DNA of 32,000 nt from a cyanobacterium endosymbiont of Braarudosphaera bigelowii (GTDB lineage Bacteria > Cyanobacteriota > Cyanobacteriia > Cyanobacteriales > Microcystaceae): contig NZ_AP024987.1 of the NCBI RefSeq assembly GCF_020885515.1, positions 1,170,001-1,202,000 of the forward strand, read 5' to 3'. Positions 8,925 to 20,311 of the stretch are shown here, piece after piece; the first letter of the stretch is position 1, and each line of letters starts with the position of its first letter. The notes below the pieces were generated by a model. That model did no database searches. It saw only the letters and a program-made list of their open reading frames with translations, and was not told where the DNA came from. The translations under genes were made by a program, and so were the position numbers.

Positions 8925-10487
8925 TTACCATTCATCTTTATCTAATTTTTTTTTATTTATTTGTTTTAAATTATCTGTTAAAGGATTCACAATTTTGAAA
9001 ATAGCATCTTCTATAAAAGTTTTAAGAAACACATCTTGTCTATTCAATTGAAAATTTCGTTGTACTACTTCTTCAATGCCTCCTTGACCCCAGCTTTGAT
9101 TATGATAAAAATATTCAATAAAACTTTGTCCTGCAATACGTGTTAGATAGGCTACTGTTAAGCCTTGCAAAACTTTTCCTACGAGATAACTCGATATATT
9201 TAGTTGTAATATTCTTCCTAAAATTTCAACAGCTCCTTTCGTTATTTGTAAACCTATTAAAGTTTTTCCTAAAGATAACGCTAGTTCTTTCCCTTCATCA
9301 CTACTTAACTTATATTCATAAACTTGTCCAATTTCGACTATCATCTGTGTATTAACTGCTGCCGTTGCTAACATGTCAAAAAAAGGTAATGGATTAACAA
9401 TCACAATACCTGCTGTCATCCATTGATATTGATTAATTATCTTGTTACTTTGTTTATTTCTTTGTTTATTAATAATCTGAGACATTTCCTCCCCTAAACG
9501 TTGAGATTTTATAAGAATGTTTTTGGTAATTAATTCTTGTCCTTCTGTTTGGATAATCATGACAATCTTTTTAGTTAAGATATTAATGTCAGCTGATAAA
9601 TTTACTTTTTGCCTTGCCTTTAACTGTCTATTTTGAGGGTTTGCAGCTGTTAAGATTATATCTTCTATAAAAGTAAATTCTTTTATTTTATTTCTTAAGC
9701 TATTTAAAATTTTGATTTTATCTTTTTTAGAGTAAAGATCTGTTTTGTTAAAAATTAATAAAACTTTTTTACCAAAACTATTAATGAATTTTAAAAATTG
9801 ATATTCAGATTCAGATAAATCATTATCTACGACAAATAGTAGTAAATCTGACTGTATAGATAACTGTTTTGCCAACATTTCTCTTTTTTCCCCTCCAGAT
9901 CCCATTTCTAGAATACCTGGAGTATCCGTAATCAAAATTTTATTAGATAACTCTTCTAATTTAATGCGATAACTTATTCCAATTTTAGTTGTTCCCATAG
10001 AAGAATTTACTTGACCTATTACTTCACCAACTAAAGAATTTACAAGAGATGTTTTGCCTGCAGAACCTTTGCCAAAAATAATAATTTTAAATTCTTGTCT
10101 ATCTAAATCATTTTTAATTTCTTTAGAACGCTTTAGCAGAGATTGTTTTGCAACTTTGTCTTTAATACTTTTTACTTGGTTGAGAACAATTCTTACATCT
10201 TCTAAAGAATTTTGTTTTCTATTTTTAAATTTAGGCAAATGGTTAATTTTATGCTTGAAATTAGATTTTCTAAAGAAGAGTTTATTGTAGTAGTGTACTA
10301 AGGCATAAATCAGAAATCCTGATATTCCTGTTATTAGAAATATTAGAATATTAGCTAGTAGCGGAGCAGTAAAAGAAATTTGTATGTAAAGTTGGTAAAT
10401 AGAATTGACCAGCCAGATAATTAATCCAAGAATTAAACTTAACCCAAAAATTAAGATAATTAAACGATGAAAAGGCATAAGGAGCAT
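8925..10487 (-). CDS. Membrane-associated small GTP-binding protein with DUF697-like C-terminal domain
   Basis: 520 aa with two N-terminal hydrophobic segments, P-loop 'GKGSAGKTSLVNSL', G3 'DTPGI' and G4 'NKTD'. The C-terminal region 'GIVIVNPLPFFDMLATAAVNTQMIVEIGQVY' is typical of DUF697 proteins. Confidence 0.85.
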   Translation of the reverse strand: MLLMPFHRLIILIFGLSLILGLIIWLVNSIYQLYIQISFTAPLLANILIFLITGISGFLIYALVHYYNKLFFRKSNFKHKINHLPKFKNRKQNSLEDVRIVLNQVKSIKDKVAKQSLLKRSKEIKNDLDRQEFKIIIFGKGSAGKTSLVNSLVGEVIGQVNSSMGTTKIGISYRIKLEELSNKILITDTPGILEMGSGGEKREMLAKQLSIQSDLLLFVVDNDLSESEYQFLKFINSFGKKVLLIFNKTDLYSKKDKIKILNSLRNKIKEFTFIEDIILTAANPQNRQLKARQKVNLSADINILTKKIVMIIQTEGQELITKNILIKSQRLGEEMSQIINKQRNKQSNKIINQYQWMTAGIVIVNPLPFFDMLATAAVNTQMIVEIGQVYEYKLSSDEGKELALSLGKTLIGLQITKGAVEILGRILQLNISSYLVGKVLQGLTVAYLTRIAGQSFIEYFYHNQSWGQGGIEEVVQRNFQLNRQDVFLKTFIEDAIFKIVNPLTDNLKQINKKKLDKDEW

Positions 10488-10843
10488 ATTAGCTAGCTAG
10501 CAATAAAACAAACTAAATTATTAAAATAATTACCCTCCTGATTTTTCAGAGAAAGTAAATCACATAAAGCTAAATATAATTTAAGGTACATTACTAAATT
10601 ACATTTGAGGTCAAGGCTTGTTGGAGTATCAGAATAATATAATTCTTTCTAATATTTTAAGCTTAACTTAATCTTACCTTATGTAAATTAATTTTTAAAT
10701 TTATCGATACTGAACAATATTGAATTATGGATAACTATAATTTATAGTAGGGTTTCAATTCTATTTAATAAATAATAAATTTATAAAAATTAAAACCATT
10801 AAAGCATATAAAATTCCACTATAAATATTACGATTCTATATGT

Positions 10844-10882
10844 TTACTTTGAAAATAATTTAAATAATTATTTTCAAAGTAA
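10844..10882. repeat. Perfect 17-bp inverted repeat, 5-nt loop, in the 689-bp divergent spacer upstream of argC
   Basis: TTACTTTGAAAATAATT (10844-10860) / AATTATTTTCAAAGTAA (10866-10882), loop TAAAT. Confidence 0.7.
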
Positions 10883-11176
10883 TTTGTATTTATTATTAAC
10901 TTTAATTTAATGAATCACATAGTTAAGTTACAAAGTAACACTATAGATTCATCACGAAAGCTGCACTATTACGTCAACTATTAAACTATATCGATTCCTA
11001 TCTTCTCATATACTAATTGTATGTATTTAATTTTTGTTTATAAATATCAATATAATTAGATAGATTTTTTATTAATTAAGTTAATTTTATAGGAACTGCT
11101 GATTAAAAATCATATTTGAGGGCTACAATTCGACTAATATTCAAAATTAGTTAGAAAATATAGAAATTTTATAAAT

Positions 11177-12235
11177 ATGGCTCAATTAAAACGAACAACA
11201 GTTGGAATTGTTGGTGTTTCTGGATATGGAGGAATACAGCTAGTTAAGCTTTTACAAGAACATCCTTTAGTTGAAATTGTCTATTTAGGTGGAAAAGAAA
11301 GTACTGGAAAATTTTATGCTGAAGTATATCCGCATTTAGGACACGAAATTGATTTAGTTATAGAACCTATTGATATTGATTTAATTGTTTCTCGTTGCGA
11401 AGTAGTTTTTTTAGGTTTACCTAATGGCTATACTTGTGACCTTGCTCCTAAGCTACTTTCTAAAGGTTGTAAAGTTTTTGATTTATCAGCAGATTACCGG
11501 TTTAAAAATTTACAGGTTTATAGTTATTGGTACAATAAAAAACGTAATGACATAGAAACTGCAAATTCTGCTGTTTATGGTCTTCCAGAACTATATCGTA
11601 CTGATATACAGTCAACTTCACTAATTGGATGTCCTGGATGTTATCCTACAGCTAGTCTGCTAGCTTTATCACCTCTCCTAAAACAAGGTTTAATACTTCC
11701 AGAAACCATCATTATTGATGCAAAGTCAGGAACTTCTGGGGGAGGTAGACAAGCTAAGATGAACTTATTGTTAGCTGAGGCAGAAGGATCACTTGGCACA
11801 TACAATGTGGTTAGACATCGCCATACACCAGAAATAGAACAAATTTGCTGTGATTTGACTGGTCATGAGGTCAAAGTTCAATTTACTCCCTACTTAGTAC
11901 CTATGGTTAGAGGAATACTGTCGACTGTTTATGCAAGTCTTAGGGATCCAGGATTAGTACGTGATGACTTACTAACTATTTACAAAGCTTTTTATCGCTT
12001 TTGTCCTTTCATTAGGATACTACCTAAAGGAGTTTACCCTCAAACAAAATGGGCCTGTGGAACAAATCTTTGTTACATTGGGATCGAAACCGATTCACGT
12101 ACGGATCGAGTAATTGTTTTCTCTGCAATTGATAACCTTATTAAAGGACAGGCTGGACAAGCAATACAATGTCTCAACATTATGATGGGATGGGAAGAAA
12201 CACTTGGCTTACCTCAATTATGCTTCTACCCCTAA
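11177..12235 (+). CDS. argC: N-acetyl-gamma-glutamyl-phosphate reductase
   Basis: 352 aa with '[21 protein letters not shown]', the catalytic motif '[19 protein letters not shown]', '[11 protein letters not shown]' and 'HRHTPEIEQ'. Confidence 0.97.
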   Translation: MAQLKRTTVGIVGVSGYGGIQLVKLLQEHPLVEIVYLGGKESTGKFYAEVYPHLGHEIDLVIEPIDIDLIVSRCEVVFLGLPNGYTCDLAPKLLSKGCKVFDLSADYRFKNLQVYSYWYNKKRNDIETANSAVYGLPELYRTDIQSTSLIGCPGCYPTASLLALSPLLKQGLILPETIIIDAKSGTSGGGRQAKMNLLLAEAEGSLGTYNVVRHRHTPEIEQICCDLTGHEVKVQFTPYLVPMVRGILSTVYASLRDPGLVRDDLLTIYKAFYRFCPFIRILPKGVYPQTKWACGTNLCYIGIETDSRTDRVIVFSAIDNLIKGQAGQAIQCLNIMMGWEETLGLPQLCFYP

Positions 12236-12392
12236 GATAGATTGGAGCAGTAAAAATTGAGGATGTATTTTTATAGGAAACTAGCTAATTTTATACAACT
12301 GAAAACGTATATAAAATTTAACTGTGTATCTTAATTTTGATAAAACTTTTGAAATATACAACTTTATTTTGCCTTAAATTATTTTACTAATT

Positions 12393-12425
12393 GTATAGTA
12401 GAGGAAAGCTCTTCCTACTACATAC
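12393..12425. terminator. Imperfect hairpin between convergent argC and LCP genes
   Basis: GTAT(A)GTAGAGGAA - AGCTC - TTCCT(A)CTACATAC: a 13-bp stem with one bulged A on each arm, located in a convergent spacer. Confidence 0.45.
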
Positions 12426-12454
12426 TATTAGTATGATTTGTTTCGAAGTCTTTT

Positions 12455-13849
12455 TTACAAAGGAATTAAAGATTTAGGATAATGTTTCTCCCAATCTAAA
12501 CCTACAATAATTGTAATATCAGAAGCTAAGTTACCTGTACTTTCCACAAGAACTTCGCCTATTCCTAAATCTATTCTTAACGCTGCTGCTCCTACACTGT
12601 CTCCATTTTGCGCTATGATACGAGTCTTATTAAGATTTTCTGGCCATTCATGACTAACAAAGGTACGTTGATATCCAGCATTCTTTAAAAAATCAGCTAC
12701 TTGTTGTGCTGACTTGGGATTTTCAGTACTGTTCTGTACTGCTATTCTAAGACTGTTTGGGGTTGTTTCTCTAGCATTTAAGTTAAGCGAACCATAGTCA
12801 AAATATGTTGCAATCATACTCTTAATTTGACTATGATCTGGTAACCAATAACTTACTTCATGTTTACCATTTCCATTAAAATTACCAGGAAGCATTAACA
12901 TTTGTACATTAGACCGTTGTATTTGAGAAGCAAATCCTGATAAGGCTACTAGTTCTTCAACTGTTAAGTTAGTATCGATATAAGAATTAATAATTGATAA
13001 TATTTCAGGTATTCTTAATAAATTTTTAGGCTTTAAAGCTTGTTCAACTAAAGCTCTCATAAACATTTGTTGACGTTGTACCCTACCGATATCACCATAA
13101 CGGTCATAACGAAAACGTAAAAAGGAAACCGCTTTTTGCCCATCTATATGTTGTTCACCTTCTTTAATATTAATGTAAAGATGTTGGCTATGATCGGTAT
13201 ATTTCATATTTTTAGGAACGTAAATGTTCACTCCTCCTAACGCATCAATTACTTTTTCAACTCCCTGGATATTAAATCTAACATAGCGGTTTATTGGGAC
13301 TCCACCTAACAGGTTACTAATAGTTTCCGCAGCCAAAGAGGGTCCACCATAATAGTTAGCCTCATTTATCTTTCTTATTTCATGTCTAATAATTGCTTGA
13401 GTATCTCTAGGAATAGATAAAATACTTAATTTTTTAGTTATGGGATCAAATCTAGCAAGGACCACAGTATCAGATAAACCTTTGAAAGAATTGACTAAAG
13501 CGTGATGTCCTAATTTTTTTCTTTGTTTATTGTCATTTATCTCAGATGTTAAAACTTTAGTACCTAAGATAAGTACATTAACAGGGCGACTTAATTTTGG
13601 AAGACGTAAGTTAGTATAAGAAATAGCTTCATTTTGACTAAAAACCTTTTCCTGATTCTTAGTCAAAGAACTTCTTTGCAAGGGTGTTGATGACAAAGAG
13701 ATAGCAACTAGTACTCCAATACTAGCTGATATGATACTAATCATTATCAGTCCTAAACGCATAAATGACCAGTTGGTATTTTCTCCTTTTTTTTTAATAG
13801 AAGATTTCTGATGAGATAAATTGTTAGGATTACTTTTCTTAAATGACAC
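12455..13849 (-). CDS. LytR-CpsA-Psr (LCP) family cell-envelope phosphotransferase with LytR_C-like C-terminus
   Basis: 464 aa with a single N-terminal TM helix, 'DTVVLARFDPITKKLSILSIPRDTQ', 'KINEANYYGGPSLAAETISNLLGGVPINRYVRFNIQGVEKVIDALGGV', 'LRFRYD..GDIGRVQRQQ', and a C-terminal 'RIAVQNSTENPKSAQQVADFLKNAGYQ'. Confidence 0.93.
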   Translation of the reverse strand: MSFKKSNPNNLSHQKSSIKKKGENTNWSFMRLGLIMISIISASIGVLVAISLSSTPLQRSSLTKNQEKVFSQNEAISYTNLRLPKLSRPVNVLILGTKVLTSEINDNKQRKKLGHHALVNSFKGLSDTVVLARFDPITKKLSILSIPRDTQAIIRHEIRKINEANYYGGPSLAAETISNLLGGVPINRYVRFNIQGVEKVIDALGGVNIYVPKNMKYTDHSQHLYINIKEGEQHIDGQKAVSFLRFRYDRYGDIGRVQRQQMFMRALVEQALKPKNLLRIPEILSIINSYIDTNLTVEELVALSGFASQIQRSNVQMLMLPGNFNGNGKHEVSYWLPDHSQIKSMIATYFDYGSLNLNARETTPNSLRIAVQNSTENPKSAQQVADFLKNAGYQRTFVSHEWPENLNKTRIIAQNGDSVGAAALRIDLGIGEVLVESTGNLASDITIIVGLDWEKHYPKSLIPL

Positions 13850-14495
13850 AGCTTTCTTTACACCTTAAATATCGTCTGAATATATTTCAAAACTTGCTTT
13901 TAAACAAAATTTTAACTGTTTTATGAATTATGATAACTTCTAAGACTAGAATGATAACCTTTCATAACAATCATTTTAAAAACTAAAAAAAAATCAAACT
14001 TCTTGTGAATTATTTTTTGCCCAATTTGAAATTTAAAGATAATTTAACTTTAACTTAGATAGATCAAAAGTAAATACATACTACTAATTCTAATTAAGCT
14101 AAATATTTATTCATATCGAATATCTCTAAGCTATAAACGAGAATTAACCAATCTATATTCTAGAAATAATTATTAAATAGTAATATATTTTTTGGCGTAG
14201 TTCTATTTAACTTGATAGATAGAACAGTAGCACTAAAAATTATATAAATATTGACTATTATTTTAAAAACAACTATCTTACTAAGTTATGATTAATAAAG
14301 ATTCTATTTATATAAAAATAAAATTTATACCTTAAGTTAACTATTATAATTTTGCTAGCTTCATAGTATCATTCTAATTAATTTTTTTTTAGCTATTAAA
14401 AATATAATGTTTTTCCACTATTAGCTAATAACAGTAAAATTAATTGTAAATATTCAGACAGTACCTTTTAACGAGAAACTAAATAATCAAATAAA

Positions 14496-14556
14496 ATTAT
14501 ATTTATTAGGTAAAACCCTCTAATGTTTTTAGAGGGTTTTACCTAATAAATATAAT
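14496..14556 (-). terminator. Perfect 28-bp inverted repeat, 5-nt loop, immediately downstream of tkt
   Basis: ATTATATTTATTAGGTAAAACCCTCTAA (14496-14523) / TTAGAGGGTTTTACCTAATAAATATAAT (14529-14556), loop TGTTT. It is 11 bp beyond the tkt stop codon and has a GC core flanked by AT-rich arms. Confidence 0.8.
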
Positions 14557-14567
14557 AGATCTATAAA

Positions 14568-16580
14568 TTATCCTAAAAGTATTTTGGCTTTGGCAATAAC
14601 ATTTTCAACGGTAAAACCAAATTTTTCCATGCATACTTTACCAGGAGCAGAAGCACCGAAAGAATCAATACTAACAGAATCTCCTTCAAGACCTACATAT
14701 TTTGCCCATCCTAAACTAGTTCCTGCCTCAACAGATAATCTTTTTGTTACGGCTTTAGGCAATACAGATTCTTTATAAGCTGCACTTTGTGCTTCGAATT
14801 GTTCCCAACAAGGCATAGAAACTACTCGCACTTTCTTACCCGTATTTGACAGTTGTTCGGCGGCAGATACACATAAGCTCACTTCAGAGCCTGTTCCTAT
14901 AAGAATAATGTCAGGCTCTCCATTGCAGTCAAGTATAGTGTAAGCTCCTTTATAAACTCCTTCTATGGAGGTTCCAGGTAAGTTAGGTACATTTTGGCGG
15001 GTAAATACTAACAAAGTGGGTAAATTACTCTGTGCATTTTCAATAGCAATTTTATAAGCTCCAGAACACTCATTTCCATCTGCAGGTCTTATGACTGTTA
15101 AATCTGGAATGGCACGAAGAGAAATTACAGTTTCTATTGGTTGATGAGTAGGTCCGTCTTCTCCTTGTCCGATAGAATCATGAGTTGTTACCCAAATTAC
15201 TCCTGCTTTAGATAATGCAGATAATCTAATAGAAGCCCTTACATAGTCAGTAAAAATTAAAAATGTGGCGCAATAGGGAATTAAACCAGAATTATGAAGT
15301 GCTATTCCATTACAGATAGCCCCCATAGCATGTTCTCTTACACCAAAATGAACATTACGATTCTCATAATGTCCTTTCTGAAAATCGCCAGAATCTTTAA
15401 GTTCTGTTAAATTAGAATGAGTTAAATCTGCTGACCCCCCTATTAATTCAGGTAAGACAGGAGATAAATAATTCAATATGTTAGCAGAATGTTTACGAGT
15501 GGATATCCCAGTGTCTTCCGGTGTGAAACTTGGAAGTACTTTAGCCCAATCTTGAGGAATTTGACCATCCACATAGCGTTCAAACTCAGAAGCTTCTGAA
15601 GGATATTTTACTTTGTAATCATTAAGAGTAAGATTCCACTTTGATTCGTAATCTGCACCTCTTTTAACAGATTTACTCATATGAGTGAGAACATCTTCAG
15701 GTATAACGAAAGGCTCGTACTCCCATCCTAAATTTTTTCGAGTGAGATTAATCTCTTCTGTGCCTAGAGCAGCTCCATGAATTCCCGCAGTGTTTTGTCT
15801 GTTAGGAGAACCATAGCCAATGGTAGTTGTCACCTTTATCATTGTAGGTTTATCAGTGACTTGTTTAGCTTTCTCAATAGCTTCAGCGATAGCTACTAAA
15901 TCAGTATTACCATTTTCTACATGTAGAACATGCCATCCATAAGCTTCAAACCGTTTGGATACATCTTCTGTGAATGCTACATCAGTAGAGCCATCAATAG
16001 AAATATGATTATCATCATAAAGAGCAATCAATTTTCCCAACCCCCAATGTCCAGCGATAGAGCAAGCTTCGCTAGCTATTCCTTCCATATTACAACCATC
16101 GCCTAATAAAACATAGGTATAATGATCAACAATGGTGGCATCAGGTTTATTAAACTTAGCTGCTAAATGAGCTTCTGCAAGAGCCAATCCAACACCATTA
16201 GCTATTCCTTGTCCTAGAGGACCAGTAGTTACTTCAACACCTTCAGTTTCAAAATTTTCAGGGTGTCCAGGAGTTTTTGATCCCCACTGACGAAATTGCT
16301 TAATATCATCAATGGTCACACTATCATAGCCAGTTAAACAAAGCAAAGCATAGTGCAACATGCTGCCATGTCCAGCAGAGAGAACAAAACGATCACGATT
16401 AAACCATTTAGGATTTTTAGGATTAAACCGCAAAAATTTATCCCATAAGACAAATGCCATTGGAGCTGCGCCCATTGGTAGTCCTGGGTGACCTGATTTT
16501 GCTTTTTCAACAGCATCAACAGCTAAAAAACGGATAGAGTTAATGCAAAGTTCTTCGAGCGACCGGGTAGCAGCGATCAT
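14568..16580 (-). CDS. tkt: Transketolase
   Basis: 670 aa with '[32 protein letters not shown]', '[16 protein letters not shown]', the TPP motif '[32 protein letters not shown]', and '[16 protein letters not shown]'. Confidence 0.98.
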   Translation of the reverse strand: MIAATRSLEELCINSIRFLAVDAVEKAKSGHPGLPMGAAPMAFVLWDKFLRFNPKNPKWFNRDRFVLSAGHGSMLHYALLCLTGYDSVTIDDIKQFRQWGSKTPGHPENFETEGVEVTTGPLGQGIANGVGLALAEAHLAAKFNKPDATIVDHYTYVLLGDGCNMEGIASEACSIAGHWGLGKLIALYDDNHISIDGSTDVAFTEDVSKRFEAYGWHVLHVENGNTDLVAIAEAIEKAKQVTDKPTMIKVTTTIGYGSPNRQNTAGIHGAALGTEEINLTRKNLGWEYEPFVIPEDVLTHMSKSVKRGADYESKWNLTLNDYKVKYPSEASEFERYVDGQIPQDWAKVLPSFTPEDTGISTRKHSANILNYLSPVLPELIGGSADLTHSNLTELKDSGDFQKGHYENRNVHFGVREHAMGAICNGIALHNSGLIPYCATFLIFTDYVRASIRLSALSKAGVIWVTTHDSIGQGEDGPTHQPIETVISLRAIPDLTVIRPADGNECSGAYKIAIENAQSNLPTLLVFTRQNVPNLPGTSIEGVYKGAYTILDCNGEPDIILIGTGSEVSLCVSAAEQLSNTGKKVRVVSMPCWEQFEAQSAAYKESVLPKAVTKRLSVEAGTSLGWAKYVGLEGDSVSIDSFGASAPGKVCMEKFGFTVENVIAKAKILLG

Positions 16581-17455
16581 AATTTTTTCTAGTAATGAAC
16601 TACAGTAAAATAACGATTCGGTATGGAGTAGAAAACTTACCAGTTGTCAATTACCCCAGATTTTGTCTTTATCATCCCACTCTAATGTAACGATGGGAAG
16701 ATGTGAAATCAAAATTTTATTGAAATATTTATATTTTCTTTAAGATGAATAAGTTATCAACCATTTTGTTTTTAAAGATTACTAAAATTAAATATCATTT
16801 TCTAATAAGATATATTCTGCAAATAAATAATACTTGGTATATATCGTAATTGTTTCAGAGAAAATATCTTTAAGCAGGAAGTTATTACTATTTCTAAATC
16901 TATATTGTTGCGTATTTATTATAAAAAGATACTATTGGATAGCTACATATTAACCTATTTTCGTGGTATTCTTGGTTTTTATCTAAAAAAACTTAAATAC
17001 AAAATCTAGAAAGTTTTAGGATTTACCAACTTTAAACCTTCACTATACACTCTTTAATTATGCATTTATTAAATATAGCAAATTGAATATTTCACACTTA
17101 ATTTACTTCTAGTTTATTAAAGTTAATTCATTTTTGATAAGATTAAGATATTACATATTATAGAACAGGTGTACGATTATGTTTCCATCCATCTAATTAT
17201 AAGCTCCTTAGTTACTTTTCCTGAAATTATATAATTAGGGCCATTGCATAATAATATTCGAACATATACTAGTATTGATATATCCTTAGATAAATGACTA
17301 AATTTTGAAGGGTTGCAAGCAATCTAAAGGTTACGTTAAATTTAATTAAGCTTAGAGTTATTTCTTGAGCATATTGTCGATACTGATCGCAACTTCTTGA
17401 CAAGAATACATACATCGCTAAATCAAGTCTTGATAACAACGAGAAACCTTAACTT

Positions 17456-19342
17456 ATGAAAATATCTTGGAGAACTCTATTACTCTGGACTTTACCACTT
17501 CTAATAGTTTGCTTTTTTATTTGGCAAGGTCAATTCCCTCCTGCCTCAGAGCAACTAGGAAATAGTACGGCCAACAAACGTATAACTTACGGGCGTTTTT
17601 TAGAATATTTAGACACGAATCGTGTTGTAGGTGTAGATCTTTATGAAGGTGGACGTACAGCTATTGTACAAATAGCAAATCCTGAATTAGAAGATCAAAT
17701 ACAACAATCACGAGTAGATTTACCAATATACTCTCCTGACTTAATAGCAAAAATACGTTCGTCTAATGTAAATATAGAATCCCATCCTATCCGTAATGAA
17801 GGAGCGTTATGGGGATTCTTAGGAAATTTGTTATTCCCTATTTTACTTATTGGATCTCTATTTTTTCTTTTTCGTCGTTCCAGTAATTTGCCAGGAGGAC
17901 CTGGGCAAGCAATGAGTTTTGGAAAATCCAAAGCTCGTTTTCAAATGGAAGCAAAAACAGGCATCATGTTCCATGATGTAGCTGGTATTGATGAAGCGAA
18001 AGAAGAGTTGCAAGAGGTTGTCACTTTCCTCAAAGAACCAGAACGTTTCACTGCTATAGGAGCAAAAATTCCTAAAGGAGTATTGTTAGTAGGCCCTCCA
18101 GGAACTGGAAAAACTCTTTTGGCTAAGGCTATTGCTGGAGAAGCAGGAGTCCCTTTCTTTAGTATTTCTGGCTCTGAATTTGTAGAAATGTTTGTAGGTG
18201 TTGGTGCTTCTCGTGTTCGTGATTTATTTAAAAAAGCCAAGGAAAGTGCTCCTTGTCTAATATTTATTGATGAAATAGATGCTGTTGGTCGTCAAAGAGG
18301 CGCTGGAATTGGCGGCGGAAACGATGAAAGAGAACAAACCCTTAATCAACTATTAACAGAAATGGATGGTTTCGAAGGTAATACAGGAATAATTATTATT
18401 GCTGCCACTAACCGTCCGGATGTTTTAGATTCTGCTTTAATGAGACCTGGACGTTTTGATAGACAAGTTATGGTTGATGCACCTGACTTTAAAGGTAGAG
18501 TTGAAATTCTAGAAGTTCATGCTCGTAATAAAAAATTAGCTCATGATGTTTCTCTTAAATCTGTTGCACGTAGGACTCCTGGCTTTAGTGGAGCGGATCT
18601 GGCTAATTTATTAAATGAAGCTGCAATCCTTACAGCTCGCCGCCGTAAAGAGGCTATAACAATCTTAGAAATAGATGATTCGATTGATCGTATTGTTGCT
18701 GGTATGGAGGGAACTCCATTAATTGATAGTAAGAGCAAGCGTCTAATTGCTTATCATGAAGTTGGTCATGCCATTGTTGGAACCTTGATTAAAGATCATG
18801 ATCCAGTACAAAAAGTTACCCTGATTCCTCGTGGTCAAGCACGTGGATTAACATGGTTTACTCCTAATGAAGAACAAGGGTTAATAACCAAGACACAATT
18901 AATAGCTCGTATAGCAGGTGCTCTAGGAGGACGAGCAGCTGAAGAAGAAGTCTTTGGCTATGACGAAGTTACGACTGGTGCTGGGAGTGATCTACAGCAG
19001 GTTTCGGATGTTGCTCGTCAGATGGTAACTCGTTTTGGAATGAGTGATTTAGGACCTTTATCACTAGAAAACTCTTCTAGTGAAGTTTTTCTGGGAGGAG
19101 GGTTAATGAATCGAGTTGAATATTCTGAGGAAGTTGCTATGAAAATTGATAATCAAGTACGTACCTTAGCAAAACAAAGTCATCAAATAGCTAAACAACT
19201 TATTAGAGATAATCGCGAGGTAATTGATCGTCTTGTAGAATTACTAATCGAGAAAGAGACCATTGATGGCGAAGAACTTCGACAAATTGTGGCTGAATAT
19301 ACATACATACCTGAAAAAGAACAATTCATATCACAGTTATAA
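17456..19342 (+). CDS. ftsH: ATP-dependent zinc metalloprotease FtsH
   Basis: 628 aa with two N-terminal TM segments, Walker A 'GPPGTGKT', Walker B 'LIFIDEID', SRH '[20 protein letters not shown]' and the protease motif 'HEVGHA'. Confidence 0.98.
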   Translation: MKISWRTLLLWTLPLLIVCFFIWQGQFPPASEQLGNSTANKRITYGRFLEYLDTNRVVGVDLYEGGRTAIVQIANPELEDQIQQSRVDLPIYSPDLIAKIRSSNVNIESHPIRNEGALWGFLGNLLFPILLIGSLFFLFRRSSNLPGGPGQAMSFGKSKARFQMEAKTGIMFHDVAGIDEAKEELQEVVTFLKEPERFTAIGAKIPKGVLLVGPPGTGKTLLAKAIAGEAGVPFFSISGSEFVEMFVGVGASRVRDLFKKAKESAPCLIFIDEIDAVGRQRGAGIGGGNDEREQTLNQLLTEMDGFEGNTGIIIIAATNRPDVLDSALMRPGRFDRQVMVDAPDFKGRVEILEVHARNKKLAHDVSLKSVARRTPGFSGADLANLLNEAAILTARRRKEAITILEIDDSIDRIVAGMEGTPLIDSKSKRLIAYHEVGHAIVGTLIKDHDPVQKVTLIPRGQARGLTWFTPNEEQGLITKTQLIARIAGALGGRAAEEEVFGYDEVTTGAGSDLQQVSDVARQMVTRFGMSDLGPLSLENSSSEVFLGGGLMNRVEYSEEVAMKIDNQVRTLAKQSHQIAKQLIRDNREVIDRLVELLIEKETIDGEELRQIVAEYTYIPEKEQFISQL

Positions 19343-19375
19343 TTTAATTAAAAAATATTTACTATATGTAGTATG

Positions 19376-19397
19376 GACGCATAACTGCGTCTTTTTT
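19376..19397 (+). terminator. Rho-independent-type terminator downstream of ftsH
   Basis: GACGCA-TAAC-TGCGTC stem-loop (19376-19391) followed directly by TTTTTT (19392-19397). Confidence 0.85.
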
Positions 19398-19718
19398 ATT
19401 GATTTTTTTAATCTAAAGTATTTTAAATATACGAATAAGAACAAATAAGTCCATTCAGTTTGAACTTAATTTTAATAAATAATATTGTGAATATAAGTAT
19501 TCCCACAAAAAAATAAAAATAACTTTTTATCGATGAAGATTGTTAAAAAATACTTTTCTTTTATAAGTGTCAATAATTGTTTAGTCGAAAACTTATCTCA
19601 AAGTTAGATTGACATAATGATAAAATATAGGACTACTTGTTTTGATAAAAACTAATTTATTTAAAGCTTGATATGAAAAATTTAATGACTATATGCTAAA
19701 TATATCTAGTGTTCATTT

Positions 19719-20246
19719 TTAAGATATTGCTAAGCGTTTGTTTAATATTTTAACTCTACGTTTAGCAACTTTATTATCTAAATCATTCTCCAAAGTCTTT
19801 CTATATGTTTCAAGAGCTTTTTCTGTCATTTGTTTCTTTTCATAAGCGTTAGCTAAATTATTAAGCGCAATTATGTATTGAGGATGAAGTTTAATTGCAT
19901 CCTTATAATTACGAATTGCTAAATCTATTTGTTCTTGAGATAAATAACAAAAGCCTAGAGCATTGTATATTAAAGCTTGATTCTCTGGCTCTAAATTTTT
20001 ACCTATTTCAAGTCCTTTATTAAATAAATTAGTTGCCTGAATATATAGTTTTTTATTGAGATATAAACTTCCCAGTTCATAATATTCTTGAGCTGAACCT
20101 TTCTCTTTTTGTAGCTTCTTCTGCAGCTTGTAGAATTGTTTTTCAGTACGAGTAGTTCGTATAGTTTGTAAAACCACAAAAAATCCTAGTGTTCCTAAAA
20201 GTAAGACGACGCCTGACAAATAAATAGCTGGTAGGAGTTCATTCAT
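19719..20246 (-). CDS. TPR-repeat protein with N-terminal TM anchor
   Basis: 175 aa with an N-terminal hydrophobic helix and tandem TPR units, e.g. 'AQEYYELGSLYLNKKLYIQATNLFNKGLEIG', 'ALIYNALGFCYLSQEQIDLAIRNYKDAIKLHP' and 'IIALNNLANAYEKKQMTEKALETYRKTLE'. Confidence 0.85.
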   Translation of the reverse strand: MNELLPAIYLSGVVLLLGTLGFFVVLQTIRTTRTEKQFYKLQKKLQKEKGSAQEYYELGSLYLNKKLYIQATNLFNKGLEIGKNLEPENQALIYNALGFCYLSQEQIDLAIRNYKDAIKLHPQYIIALNNLANAYEKKQMTEKALETYRKTLENDLDNKVAKRRVKILNKRLAIS

Positions 20247-20311
20247 TGTTTTTATCCTTATAATATGACTATTGAATTATACTGTTTTTCAACTAGAAAG
20301 ATGTTTTTTTT

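Noticed and set aside
9140-10290. Two ORFs (9355 and 10290 ends) antisense/overlapping the DUF697 GTPase gene
   Set aside because: Leu/Phe-rich translations typical of antisense reading of Lys-rich coding sequence; no motifs.
14584-16519. Short plus-strand ORFs (14584-14778, 16334-16519) within tkt
   Set aside because: Antisense to the conserved transketolase; no domain evidence.
17695-18738. Three short minus-strand ORFs within ftsH
   Set aside because: Antisense of well-conserved FtsH codons (e.g. '[15 protein letters not shown]' mirrors the Walker A region).
19263-19448. 61-aa plus-strand ORF overlapping the ftsH 3' end
   Set aside because: It runs through the ftsH terminator hairpin and has low-complexity Asn/Lys/Tyr-rich sequence; almost certainly chance.
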